NCBI RefSeq assembly: GCF_009914755.1
Contig: NC_060928.1
Length of the DNA stretch: 64,000 nt
Reading direction: 5' to 3' (one strand)
From: the human T2T-CHM13v2.0 reference genome, Homo sapiens
This document shows positions 52,320-64,000 of the stretch, one piece after another (positions within the stretch are counted from its first letter, which is position 1; the number at the start of each line of letters is the position of its first letter). The position numbers and the translations under genes are program-made. The notes under the pieces are model-generated. The model did not search any database and was not told the DNA's origin. It saw only the letters and a list, made by a program, of their open reading frames with translations.

Positions 52320-52640
52320 TTAAAGATGATAAAATACCAGCATGTCCTTTTGCAGATTCTAGAGATCACCCACTTCCCCTGGCTCTAGGGGGGTTTTCTT
52401 TATTTTCAAAGTCAGCAACAATGGATCTTTTCATACCCTTCCTCTATAGTCCATCTGCCTCTGAATGACTCCTCTCCTTTGGCCCTACTTTTCATTTTTA
52501 AGGATGCTTCTGATTACATTGATGCCACCTGGATAATTCAGGCTCGTTACTTTCTTAAAATCAGTTGATTAGCAACCTTAATTCCATCTGTGACTTCAAT
52601 TCCCCCTTGACATGTCACCTAACATGGGAATACCAAACAG
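52320..52640 (-). mobile_element. MLT1-type LTR fragment
   Basis: tgattacattgatgccacctggataattcagg...tcagttgattagcaaccttaattccatctg. Confidence 0.65.
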
Positions 52641-53061
52641 AAGCTTAGCCTACACAGGAAAAATATAACCAATATTTTACCAAATGAATTATTGAATTAT
52701 TTAGCAGAAATGAATATAGTTCAGTAATTAGCAATGACACATAGCTAGACATACAAAAGAATTCCTATTAGGAGTATATGTATCTAATTTTTATGCAAAC
52801 ATAAAGTGTCCTTTTGAATAGCACACACTTAGGTTAAAAGCGCTATTTATTTCTAGTTTCAACTCTATCTTCTGTTACATCTTGGACAAATAATGGAATA
52901 TTCCTAGGTCTTGGCTGTCTTCTCTAGAGAAAGTATGATGAGCCAGGTTCATGATGTAAGTGTCAAACTTCATTTTATATTTTTGTCATGAAGATATTTT
53001 TCTTTCAAAATTGAGCAGTACTAGCACATGACACAATTTTTCCTTAAATATTTGTTGAAAA

Positions 53062-53484
53062 TGAAACCAACCCAATTGTCCCATGGAAATGATATTTGTG
53101 GGTTTTTGAACAAACATAGAAATTAACCCTGCTGGTCTTAAAACTTGAAATTTACATTTGTCTCATCTGAGTTCCTCCCTCAGGAAACTCACCATCAGGC
53201 AAGGGACTGAAGCTCACCAGATCACCACATCTAGACAATGAGATGCCAGACTCTCATTCATGGTTACCTCCTTATCCCCTAATTCCTGTTTTACATTCCT
53301 TATTCACTATATGACCCCACCACCAATTTTAGTGGTAGGGAGACAGATTTGAGACTGATCTCCCATCCACCTCGGCTGCAGTGCCTGAAAAAGCCTTCCT
53401 TCCTGGCAATACTTTCTGTCTCAGTGACTGGCTTTCTGTGTGGCGAGCACTGTGACCTAGATCGAATCCCTGCTTTCAGCAACA
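53062..53484 (+). mobile_element. Solo ERV1 (MER4-group) LTR
   Basis: TGAAACCAACCCAATTGTCCCA...CAGCAACA with TG...CA ends and AAAA on both sides (4-bp TSD). Confidence 0.7.
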
Positions 53485-54559
53485 AAAATAGTGTGAGCAA
53501 ATAAATGAAATGAAATCCTACTGAGAAGTGCTTTATGGAAATAAGATAAAAACAAGCTGCTCTCGCTAACATGCGTGGGTGTGCTGAATAAGAGGTAGGA
53601 TTGGCTAAAAGTCTAAAAGAAGCCCCACCTACTTTCTCTCTGTGTTGGCTCTTAAGTTTTATCAAGTCTTCAGGTTGTAATGGAGGAAAGTTTTAAACCT
53701 TACATCTAGATGATGTAATGAGGATCAGTTTCAACATTTCCTCACATAAAGTTATGGGGATAAACATCTAATACATCCAATGTAATTGAATCACAGAATA
53801 TATAATTGGAGGATAACAGAAATCATAATAAAAGCATCAAAAATACAAATAAAATTATTTCATGGGCAGTTTGAAATACAGCAAATCCTAATATGATATG
53901 CTATCTATAAATCCTCCAACTATATCAAGTAATGTCTCTGTGTGCCATTAGAACTGTTCGAAATGCATAAATTTATTACATGCATGGGAATGAACAGTGA
54001 GATGTATACCTCCACTAAGTAGGTATAATGGCCATTATAGGCTGAGAGTTCCTATTACATATTAAATACCTAGTCTCCTGTAAAATAAAAGATAGCGTCT
54101 ATATACTAAGGAGACAACTCTGCAACAAGGGAAATTAAAGTATATTCTTATCTATGCAATTGTCTTTTTGATGAATATTAGTAAATTCTGAATTGATCCT
54201 AATACAATGTTTGAGGAATGGTTCTCTTCTGATGCTTCTTGATAATAATGTGGTTATATACATACATTCAGGAGTCTTATCAGGACATATAATCTGGAGG
54301 GCAAATAAATGCTATACAGCAATAGATTTTATATTAAGAGCTAAACAGAACGTCTTAATAGCTCATGTAAAGGCTGCATGACATCTAAAAAGTGCCTTCT
54401 CTTTCTTTCAAATCCATAAAAGAAAAGGTACCTTTGGATAAATATTGATAAATATGTTGTAAACATTGGTAAGCTTCAAAGAATAATTTTAACCACATAT
54501 TTATGCTTTACATAGTATAGAAAGAAATAATATAGCACATTCTTTTCTTTTTTTAAAAA

Positions 54560-55420
54560 AAAAAGACAATCAGAGGTATGAACTAATGAGATTGAAATAA
54601 GGTTTTTGACTTTGAGTTGATGCCATAATGGGATGAAACCTTTGGAACTTGGGGTAGGTTGAATGTATTTCACACAAAGAAATGGATGTGTATCTTTGGT
54701 GGCCAGAGAGTAGACTGCAGTAGGCAAAAAATAGCCTCCCATAGATGTTCACATCCTTAACTCCGGAACTTGTACCTGTGTTGGAGTAAGCCGTGAAGGG
54801 GAATTAAGCTTGCAGAATTGTCAGGGAGAGGCAACTTTGCTGGCTTTGACAGAAAATGGACTGCCATCATGATCAAGTAAATGTAGGAGATCACAAAAAC
54901 AGTAAGCAGTTTGGGAAAAAAATTGACCTTGGCTTTCGATACTGTATCTGTCTCCTATTGCTGCTGTAACAGATTGTCATAAATGTAGTGGCTTAAAGCA
55001 ACACAAGTTTGTCTCTTACAGTTCTGGAAGACAAAGCTAAAACCAAAAGGTCATCAGGGCTGCACTTCTCTGGAGGCCCTAGAAGCAGGAGCAGCTTCCT
55101 TTCCTATTCCAGTTTCTCCAGGCCACCCACATGCCTTGGCTCTTGGCCCCTTTTCTCCATCTTTAAAGCCAGCAACACTGCATCTTTCTGCCTTTTTTCT
55201 ATAGTCTGTCTATCTCTGACTGACTCTTCTCTTCTGACTCTCTCTTCCACTTTGAAGGATCCTTGTGATTACACTGGGCCCATCTGGCTAATCCAGGATA
55301 ATCTCCCCATTTTAAGATCAGTTGACTAGCAACCCTAATTCCCCATTGAAAGTAATCTCACATATGTATATGTTTCAGGAATCAGAATGTGTACATCTTT
55401 GAGGATCCTTTATTCTGTCT
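54560..55420. mobile_element. MLT1-type LTR fragments
   Basis: gtagtggcttaaagcaacacaagtttgtctcttacagttctgga (antisense MLT1) and gaatgtatttcacac / agatgttcacatcctt motifs. Confidence 0.65.
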
Positions 55421-56143
55421 ACTTAATAGACTAATGGTTTACTCAAGATTATAGTTGAAAAAAGCTCTTTTGCTAAAAATTGTATTGGAAAAGCTGTCGA
55501 GTAGAAAATAATTGTGCTAAGATTCAGGACACTCCCCTTTCAATCCCAGCACGGCCTGCTGGGTAGCTATATCCCTGGAAAATTATTTCATTTCTTAGGG
55601 CTCCATTTCTTTTAGACCAGACAGCTGGACTGGTGACAAATGAAGTCCATTTATAAAATTCTATGGCTCTAAGACATATTCTGTGCTTAATGTCATAAGG
55701 AATCCTATATACTTAGTGGTATAAGCCTTAATACTTTCAGTGAAATTAGGTTAATTTGGGGATCACAAGCACTTGAATGCATTGAGAATTAATAAGTTTT
55801 TCTCTTTTTAAAGTTGAAAATATTAAGAAGGTCTATTTATCTTTTACAAAGGATTATTCTTTCTGTCCTTTAGAAAACAAACTTGGGGAAATTTTAAATA
55901 TTATTTTTCTAGAGTCTCCCAATGTTTTTTCAGTTTAGAATCTGGTTTGATAATACCAAAGACCTTATAATCACCTACTTAACTATTTGCATTTATTATC
56001 CTACAGGAAATGAAATGTTCCTAATCAGAGCATGCTAATCTCTCGTGTATTTCTGAAAGTATAAACCATCACATACAAGAGAATCCGACCCTCATGTTTT
56101 CCTGTGGTAACACTTTCTTAAGATTAAACCGAAGCTCTGAGAG

Positions 56144-56339
56144 TAGGGTTAACAGATTTAACAGTGAAAGCAATCTCAGTGTCCCTTAGTTAAACCTGAA
56201 TTTCAGATAAAGAACAAATCATTTTAGTATAACTATATCCCATACAATATTTGGTACCATACTTGTAATAAAAAATATAGTTTGTTCATCTGACACTCAA
56301 ATTTAACTGGGTGCCCTGTATTTTAACCTGGCAACCCTA
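56144..56339. mobile_element. MER53-like hAT MITE
   Basis: Terminal inverted repeats TAGGGTT..CAG / CTGGCAACCCTA; 8-bp TSD TCTGAGAG/TTTGAGAG. Confidence 0.8.
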
Positions 56340-56618
56340 TTTGAGAGGCTAATCACATATTTTCCAAATTTAACTTTTAGGATCAGCAGAATAAAAGGAA
56401 GACATTTAGGACAAGGGGCAGAGAGCAGAGCCACGGCTTTCTAAGCAGCTGTTCTGCAGTGACCTCCAGTAGCATTTGCTGTGGGCTCCTTTTCCGATAT
56501 TTACAGGGGATTTGATTTTGAGAGTAAAACCTCCCCAATGTCCATATTCCCTCTTGCCAAGAACGTCACCCATAGAGCATATTATTCTGCTTTTCCCCCC
56601 GTACACATGTACATATGA

Positions 56619-57090
<472 letters not shown>

Positions 57091-57449
57091 TAGGATGGTG
57101 GGTGAGCCACTGTTCTGAACACACAGCTAGTTGGCTACCCTATAATCTACTTACAGTATAACTGTAAAGCCACAAGCCCTTCATACCCCATCTAAGTGAA
57201 ATGTCTCCTACTTTTCTGAAGTATGAGGAAACCTCATTAGAGAAAAACGCTCAGTGTCCCCAGGTGTTAGTAGGGTGGCTTTTAATGTCTGTTCAGAGAA
57301 AAAATAATCCATTTGCAAATATGGATTTGCATGTCTTTTATAAATTCTGTAGCTCCCATAATGTTACACATGATAACATAGAATCTCAAATAGGCTGAGA
57401 TTATACTCTACCTTTCCACTTCCAGCTCAGTACTAAGTTTTAATATGAA

Positions 57450-57710
57450 AGGCAGTTGACTTATGAGCAAGAACACAGCCTCTGATTCAACCTGCGTTGC
57501 CCGTGTTTGAATCCTATCTCTGTCAGTTGCTAGCTGTATAAACTTGGATAAGTCACTGAACAACCCCACTGTGCCTCAGTTTTGTCATCTACAAAAGAAG
57601 AAAACAGTATGGCCTACTATATAGAGTCATGAGAAGTAAACAATGTGACACATGTGAAATACTTAAAATAGGGTCTATATGTGGTAAACCCATATACATA
57701 TGAGTATTAT
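57450..57710. mobile_element. MIR
   Basis: tttgaatcc...aacttggataagtcactgaac...ctgtgcctcagttttgtcatctacaaaa core. Confidence 0.75.
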
Positions 57711-58242
57711 TACTACATGAGATTTTAGCCCTAAATGAAAATAACCAAAGCAGACTCCTAATTTATTTAGCGTTTTTTTTTTGTTTTTATTATTATTAAA
57801 TGCTAATTAAGATGCTGCCCTCCCATTTCAGAAGACAATGAACTGTGCCCTTCTTAGGTGATCTTTATTGTAGACTTGACATTTTGTGCAGTTTATCATG
57901 GGAGGATAAAAGTAGAATGCAGACATCACGTTGAGTTTGGAAAAGAGCAAAGGAATCAAGAAAAGGAAACCACACTTCTAACCTGTCAATATCAGGTAAT
58001 GTGATCTGACATCCTGGTCAATATACATGTGTATATGTTGTGATATTAACATCCATTCACCCTTGACTTTCTACTTTAAATTTAAAGGGAATAGCCTTAG
58101 CAGTAATACTCTGATAAATTTATCTCTGTGGTAGAAAAGGTACTGATAATTCCAAAGTGATCTATAATATTTTAGAGGCAGCTATGTAGGTAACACAATA
58201 TGGGATGGTGTTTTACAGTTTAGAGATCCAATATCCACTTAC

Positions 58243-58396
58243 CAAACTGACGAAGGTCCAAGCAGAGATTTGCTCCCTCCACTAATGTGGTGTTCCGGCA
58301 GATGGTCCACAGATTGAAGTACATGTAAACTGGCAGTGAGGTGAAAGCCGTGACTCCCAGCCAGGCCAACATGAAAAGATATGTCAGCATAATGAA
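58243..58396 (-). CDS. GPM6A: GPM6A internal coding exon (154 nt; exon 4 of the usual 7-exon model)
   Basis: Encodes FIMLTYLFMLAWLGVTAFTSLPVYMYFNLWTICRNTTLVEGANLCLDLRQF+G, matching M6a TM3/start of the large extracellular loop (N-T-T sequon). Polypyrimidine tract + CAG acceptor at 58397-58399; GTAAGT donor after 58243; phase 1. Confidence 0.97.
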
Positions 58397-60689
58397 CTGC
58401 AAAAGAGAAAGAAATGGAGAGAGAAAATGTAATCTACCAAAAAAGAAGAATTTTGTGTTTAATCTGCAAAGCTCCATTATAGGAAGTTTATGGGATACAG
58501 TACATAAGTCAGTATCACAACACTGTTGATTTGCAGCACAGAAGGTTGAGAAATAGTGCGCATAATGGGTTAAGTGAATAAACCTGCTGGAAAATCATAT
58601 CTTGGCAGAAGTTCTGATGTACAAAGAAAAAAATAATCCATCTGCATTATCATGCCTCTTCATCCATGTATTTAACTTTCAAATCTCACCACAGATTTTT
58701 TTTAAACTTTAGAAAATATTCCTGGGTATTTAGAAAGTATTCACTTTGCAAAAGGAATTCAGGAGAATTAAAAGTCTGTCAATAAATTTCCGTAGGACTA
58801 AACTGTCATCATGTCATGTCGCAAATATTTAAGCTATTTAATCATGTTTACCATTAACAAATATGGCAATTCTCAAATCACATTAGTATATAATATTAGT
58901 GTGTACTCTTCTAACATTTTTATAAACTTAAGTCTGTTTTGTTTTATGCATGTTAATATACATATTTTATATATAGTATATATACTTATATATGGTAAAA
59001 TATTATTTTAATTTTGAAAATACCCAAGCTTTAAAAATACATTTCAGAAACAATTTTTAATATTTATAAAGTGTATACAAGGTGTTCATGTATCCTAGAT
59101 AGAATTGAATAAAATACTTAGTTTAAGCATGGATTTACATGAAGCTTTAGTTCACACATGGTAAATGCTGGATAAAAGGACATGTAGATGTATGAATTAG
59201 TGGATGGATGATAGACATTAGACAGAAAACTGTCTGAAATATAGCCCCTGGATGCCAAAATCTACATTTCTATAGATATTTGGTTCTTCTGAATTTCAGA
59301 AGTACACTTTGATCAAAGACTGGAATAGATTCACTAGTGCATTCTGGCTAAACTTCTAACACCTCAAGTAGTCACATTTTCAAAATAGCAGTACAGCATA
59401 TAATAAATACACTGAATGAAACTAGACCTCTTATTCAACCCTATTCATCCCTTTTGTGATGAGTTATTAGCTAGATTTTACCCCACGATTTAGGTGAAAT
59501 CTCAAACAAGTCAAACTTATTCAATAACCCTCATAATATATACTAAAATTAGCACTTTTGCAAAATAGTAAAATGGGAATCAATCCCATGATAGAACTTA
59601 TGCACGTATATTAAAGTTATATTGCGATTAACATAGAGTTTATTGGGATTAAGGATAGCAAGGAATTTATATGACAAATATAAAGAGAGGCAGGAGATCA
59701 AACCTTTTTATTAAATAGCAGTTACTAAATGCCCCAGTACTTCAGAAACCCAGAGCATTCTCAAACACATGTTTTCTAATAATATTGTTTTATCTCATCT
59801 CAACTCTTACTTCCTTTTTGTCTCTACTATGAAATGCTAATAGTTGGGGTCAACATCTGTCTCAACAACGTCCTTAAACTAAGATTTGGCAGACATATTT
59901 ATACTTTATACATCTAAGATGAAACAAACCCTGCCTTAAGAATATTAGCAAATAAAATTTGCTGAATATTAATTTATTTAAATCACCGAAGGAAGGAGAG
60001 TAACTATCATAAAAAAGGTATTCTTTTTTAAAATAATATCAAAGTTTACATTCCTTTTAGAATTATTTTAGTCTTGCTGAACAAACACTTATGAGGCAAA
60101 ATATGCATAAAGATTTATGGCAGGATTTCAGTCATGTAAGGCAATAACACTTCCCCCTTATTTTACTGATTAAAAGAATAAAATAGCCCAGGTGGAAATT
60201 TAGAGAATATTTGGTCTTTAGACACACTTGACTGTATATGGTAAACATTTTACTCATCTTCCCCAGAGTGAAAGGATAATATTAATATTTTTAAGTGGTC
60301 TTTATCCTTTCTTTCTGGAACGTGGAATGAAGCATATCAATAGGTGAAGCTCACAGAACAGTGGAGGGGTCAGCTCAGAATTTCTCCCCTCTCAAAGCCT
60401 TCCCTACCCTATCACATCATTGCTTAGGCACCCAGGCTAAGTGACAATGGTCAGCTAAGCCTCTGAACGTGGATAAGTATACTCCAAGCGGCAATACCCA
60501 TTCACCTCTAACACTAATAAGCCCTATGACATAATGCAGGTCATTTTCCATCTTTTGCCATTGGATTCTAATATGCAAGAGGTAGAAACCTATCTCTCCG
60601 TTTATTTAACAATCACTGGCATACCACTTACTGTGATCCTAAACTAAATATCACGTGCATTTAGCAATAAAAGGGGGTCTTCAGGCATA

Positions 60690-60890
60690 CTGATGAAAGG
60701 CACAGGCTTTTCAGCTGGCTTGAGTGTAGTCTGCTCTTTATACTTCCGTTTCTGTTTCTGTAAAATGGAAATAACTCTAAATTGGCTTCACATGCTTAAG
60801 TGAGCCTGAGATGAGATAATGCATGAAAAGCATTTAGCATTGAAACTTGTTACATAAGAAGCTCTGACAAAAATATTAGCTATTTTTATC
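60690..60890. mobile_element. MIR fragment
   Basis: tctgtaaaatggaaataac...tgagataatgcatgaaaagcatttagca. Confidence 0.65.
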
Positions 60891-63714
60891 ATTGAAAATA
60901 TCAATGTGATTACTACTCTTGCTACATATATTTTGTACATACTATGTAATTATGTAATTCTATATAGTCTTATAGAATAAAGGAATTAGATTTCATTTCA
61001 TGTTTGGATAAATTAAAAGAATGATCAGTTCTTGAGTCAGGGAAAGTTATTCAAAATGAGCTCTCTCTCTAGAAGAAAGCCTCCAGAAATTCTTGGAAAC
61101 CACCCTGAAAGTGAAGAAATCTTCTTAAAAGAACACCTTTGGGGGAAAAAATCTTTTTTATTAACATTTTCATTATTTGCAATTGTAGATCTCAAGGCTA
61201 ATGTATAGTCTCTAGAACAATAAACATGATATGGCAGCCTGAAGCACATTGCTTTGGAGGACTAAAAGCAACTCTAAAATCCATGGAAGAGTAATCAGCA
61301 TCCTTTTGGTTGCATCCTTTCTATCTTATTTTTCATTTGTTCTACCCTTAGGGATCTTTCTAAAGCTTCTTTTGAAGATGTTGTTCACTGTAGAATGGGA
61401 CTTATAATTCAATAGGTTTAGATTCAAAGTAGCTTGGAACACTTTGAAGTGTGTTGTTACTGCTACTTTACAAGGCAATGAAAGGTCTAACTTCTGAAAC
61501 CACAGGACTGCCTTACATCTTCTTTCTACTCTGAGCTATGTTACAGCAAATTAACAAAGCTGGATGATATAGAGTAAATCAGTGCGGTGAGAAAATATTT
61601 TCATTACTATTAATGCATAAGTTTTGTTCTAGAAAAATGCAAAAGTCTTTATTTTCTAATTTTGAATGTAAACTAGTGGCATTTCAGGGTGTAGCAGTTC
61701 ACTAAAATATTCACTAAAGTATTTAAGGAAGCTAAAATATAATTTGATCTTTCCATTTTATGTTCTATTTCAGAATCTGATGATTACTAAAATTGAAGAA
61801 TTATTCAAATTGATTATGCGTAATCCTACGTAGAAAATCTTTTTATGTAATAAATAAAATATTGCATAATTATAAATTTATTTCTAACTTCACATTTTGA
61901 AGCATATCATGGATATATATATTTTGTCATCTGAATGTTAAATAAATTAATAAGCTGCTCTTACTTTTGTTAGAATAAACTCTGAGAATGTGAAAAATTT
62001 TTCTGATTTTAAAAACCATTTTTGTATATGTGTGCCTTTATTAATTTCTGTTTTTTGATTCAACTCTTTCTGAAATTCATCTTCATAATATCTGTTTGGG
62101 AAACATGGTGGAAAAATGAAAAAAAATGATAAAAGTACAACTGAACTTGAAATCAGATGACCTAGTCACTAGTTTGACATATCACTTAATCCCTCATAGT
62201 CACTTTTGTAATTTGCGAGCTGGAAATTATGATAATTTTCTCATAGGGCTATGATGTAAACAAGGGGAAGGTTCTATATAAAGTCACTTAGCAGGAAATG
62301 TAAGCAGTAACTCAAAGAGAGGAGATAGTCTGATTTAATAAAAATGTATTACTTTGTACTTTCAAAGGGTAGGTATGGACATAAGGAAACTATTTCTGTC
62401 CCATTTGGTATTTATTGCTTTGAACAGACACTGAATTTTAATTTATAGTAATTCTAGGAAGGGAAGATAAGTTCTGTAGAAATTACATAAATAAAGTGGC
62501 CTCATTGGCCTTTCTCATTTTGGTCATTATTTAGGATCACTCACATATAGTAAAATGCTGACTAAATCCTCTTGACCCACAGAAAAAAATTCAGTAAAAC
62601 TTCCTTAATTTGAATTAGTTAATTCATTGATCTTTGATAGTAAAATTGGTATAAAATGATAAAGATTGGGTGCTATATATTTAATTAATATCTGACATAT
62701 TCCATTATCCCATAATCATTTTAGTAGCATTTCATCAGAACATGCAAATGTCTGGCAAAACAAGCATCCTCCTACTATATTTCCTGCTTGATTTTTGTTT
62801 TTACTCAGTATAAATTTCTTGAGATCCTACCACATGTTAGCATTTGATTCAACAAAATTGTTACGAATTATTTCTTTATCACTTGAAATTAAATAAAACC
62901 ACATGTAATTATTGTTTTGATGTCAATCTGGATATTCTAATCACTTTTAGAAATCTGGTAGAGAAATTGAAACAGAACTACAAGAGGCAAGGTTTCATGT
63001 TCTTTAGAAAAAGGTGACATATTGCTTCTTGATTATGTAGCCATTGAGATTGCAGTGTATTTAACTTGAAAATAACTTGTAAAATGTAATTGGTTTTTCA
63101 TCTGAACTCCTATGAACTTAGACTTAATGTCTAAGAAAATCACACCCTGTTGAGGTCTAGACTTTCTGTGGCAACTTCAGCAGATGTGCACCAGTAGAGG
63201 TAAAAATAACACCTTGGAAGTCAGCAGCATTGATGAAAAGAAGCCAGCTGACTGATTGCACAAGTCTCTGAGTCTCTGAACTAAGTGATGAAAACATATG
63301 CCACATATTGAATGGAATGTTATGATATAATGAAGAGTTCCAGATATGAGGCACATTTAAACTTTAGTGAAATGAATAAAATGGATGTTCTGATGTATCC
63401 AAAGTCTCTTTATAACCAAAAATATTCTATCAGATTGAACTCAGGTCATTGTTTCTCACTGTTTCAAGGCACAGGATATAAAAATAGTTTGCTAAGTCTT
63501 AGCTCAGAACCTTATATTTCACAGTGATATATTCTGGTAGTATTTTCTCATCTTGGAATGAATTTAAAGAGTAGCAATCCAATCATGTTTCCCACTTTAA
63601 CAACAAAGGAAGTATCTTTAAATTTTATCAAAGGCAGAAATAGTTCAGAGTTTAATAATCCTGTGATTTTAAACAAAGCTTCAATAGATAGACAGTAGCT
63701 GAGGGAATGCAACT

Positions 63715-63870
63715 TCTAATAATGGTTTTCACCATGGCCAGACATTAGGATCATCTGGTTAATGTGAGAGAGAAAAAGCAGCTCAGGCCTCTCTCATGCT
63801 AATTGTATCTATACTTTTAAAATCACTGCAGGTGATTCTCATAGATATCCAGTGTTAAGAACTCCTTCTA
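63715..63870. mobile_element. MER5A-like fragment
   Basis: cattaggatcatctgg...caggtgattctcatag...cagtgttaagaact. Confidence 0.55.
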
Positions 63871-64000
63871 TATTGGAATCAAAGGAGATCTCAGGAGTAC
63901 ATGTGTTGTGAAGACTTATTTGATCTTCAACTTTAGACTCTGACAGGGTACTATTCCTAATGTTTAAAAAAACAATGAGATGATAAGCCAGACACACCTA

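Noticed and set aside
58220-58477. 85-aa ORF as a stand-alone gene
   Set aside because: Only 58243-58396 is exonic; the rest is intron read-through across the polypyrimidine tract and the donor.
58397-64000. Next upstream GPM6A exon (ending ...ITTCGRCVSAW)
   Set aside because: I could not find a matching coding sequence; the short ORFs at 61037 and 63157 do not resemble M6a, so the window ends inside an intron.

Overview
Primate (very likely human) genomic DNA, AT-rich and repeat-dense; there is no prokaryotic-type system here. The only host gene I can support is the 3' part of GPM6A (neuronal membrane glycoprotein M6-a, PLP/DM20 family) on the minus strand: four coding exons at 58243-58396, 47187-47263, 46563-46628 and 41334-41486, then a ~2-kb 3' UTR ending near an AATAAA at 39397-39402. 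The earlier exons lie beyond the right edge. Positions 1-39.3 kb are downstream intergenic sequence, mostly L1, L2, Alu, MIR, LTR and DNA-transposon relics. The most unusual observations are structural. (1) A 5'-complete L1PA element has lost most of its 5' UTR precisely at the known nt-97 splice donor, apparently joined to a non-standard acceptor, and also looks like a chimera of a young 5' end and an older 3' body. (2) A ~1.9-kb insert with a target-site duplication and A-rich tail looks like a retrocopied non-coding RNA polyadenylated at a MaLR LTR signal. (3) Several inverted, templated copies of neighbouring sequence sit at TA/TG microsatellites, including a 30-bp inverted copy of DNA 2 kb away inside a 1.1-kb TA tract. 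Repeat subfamily names come from recalled consensus sequences, and boundaries of old repeats are approximate; both need RepeatMasker/Dfam confirmation.
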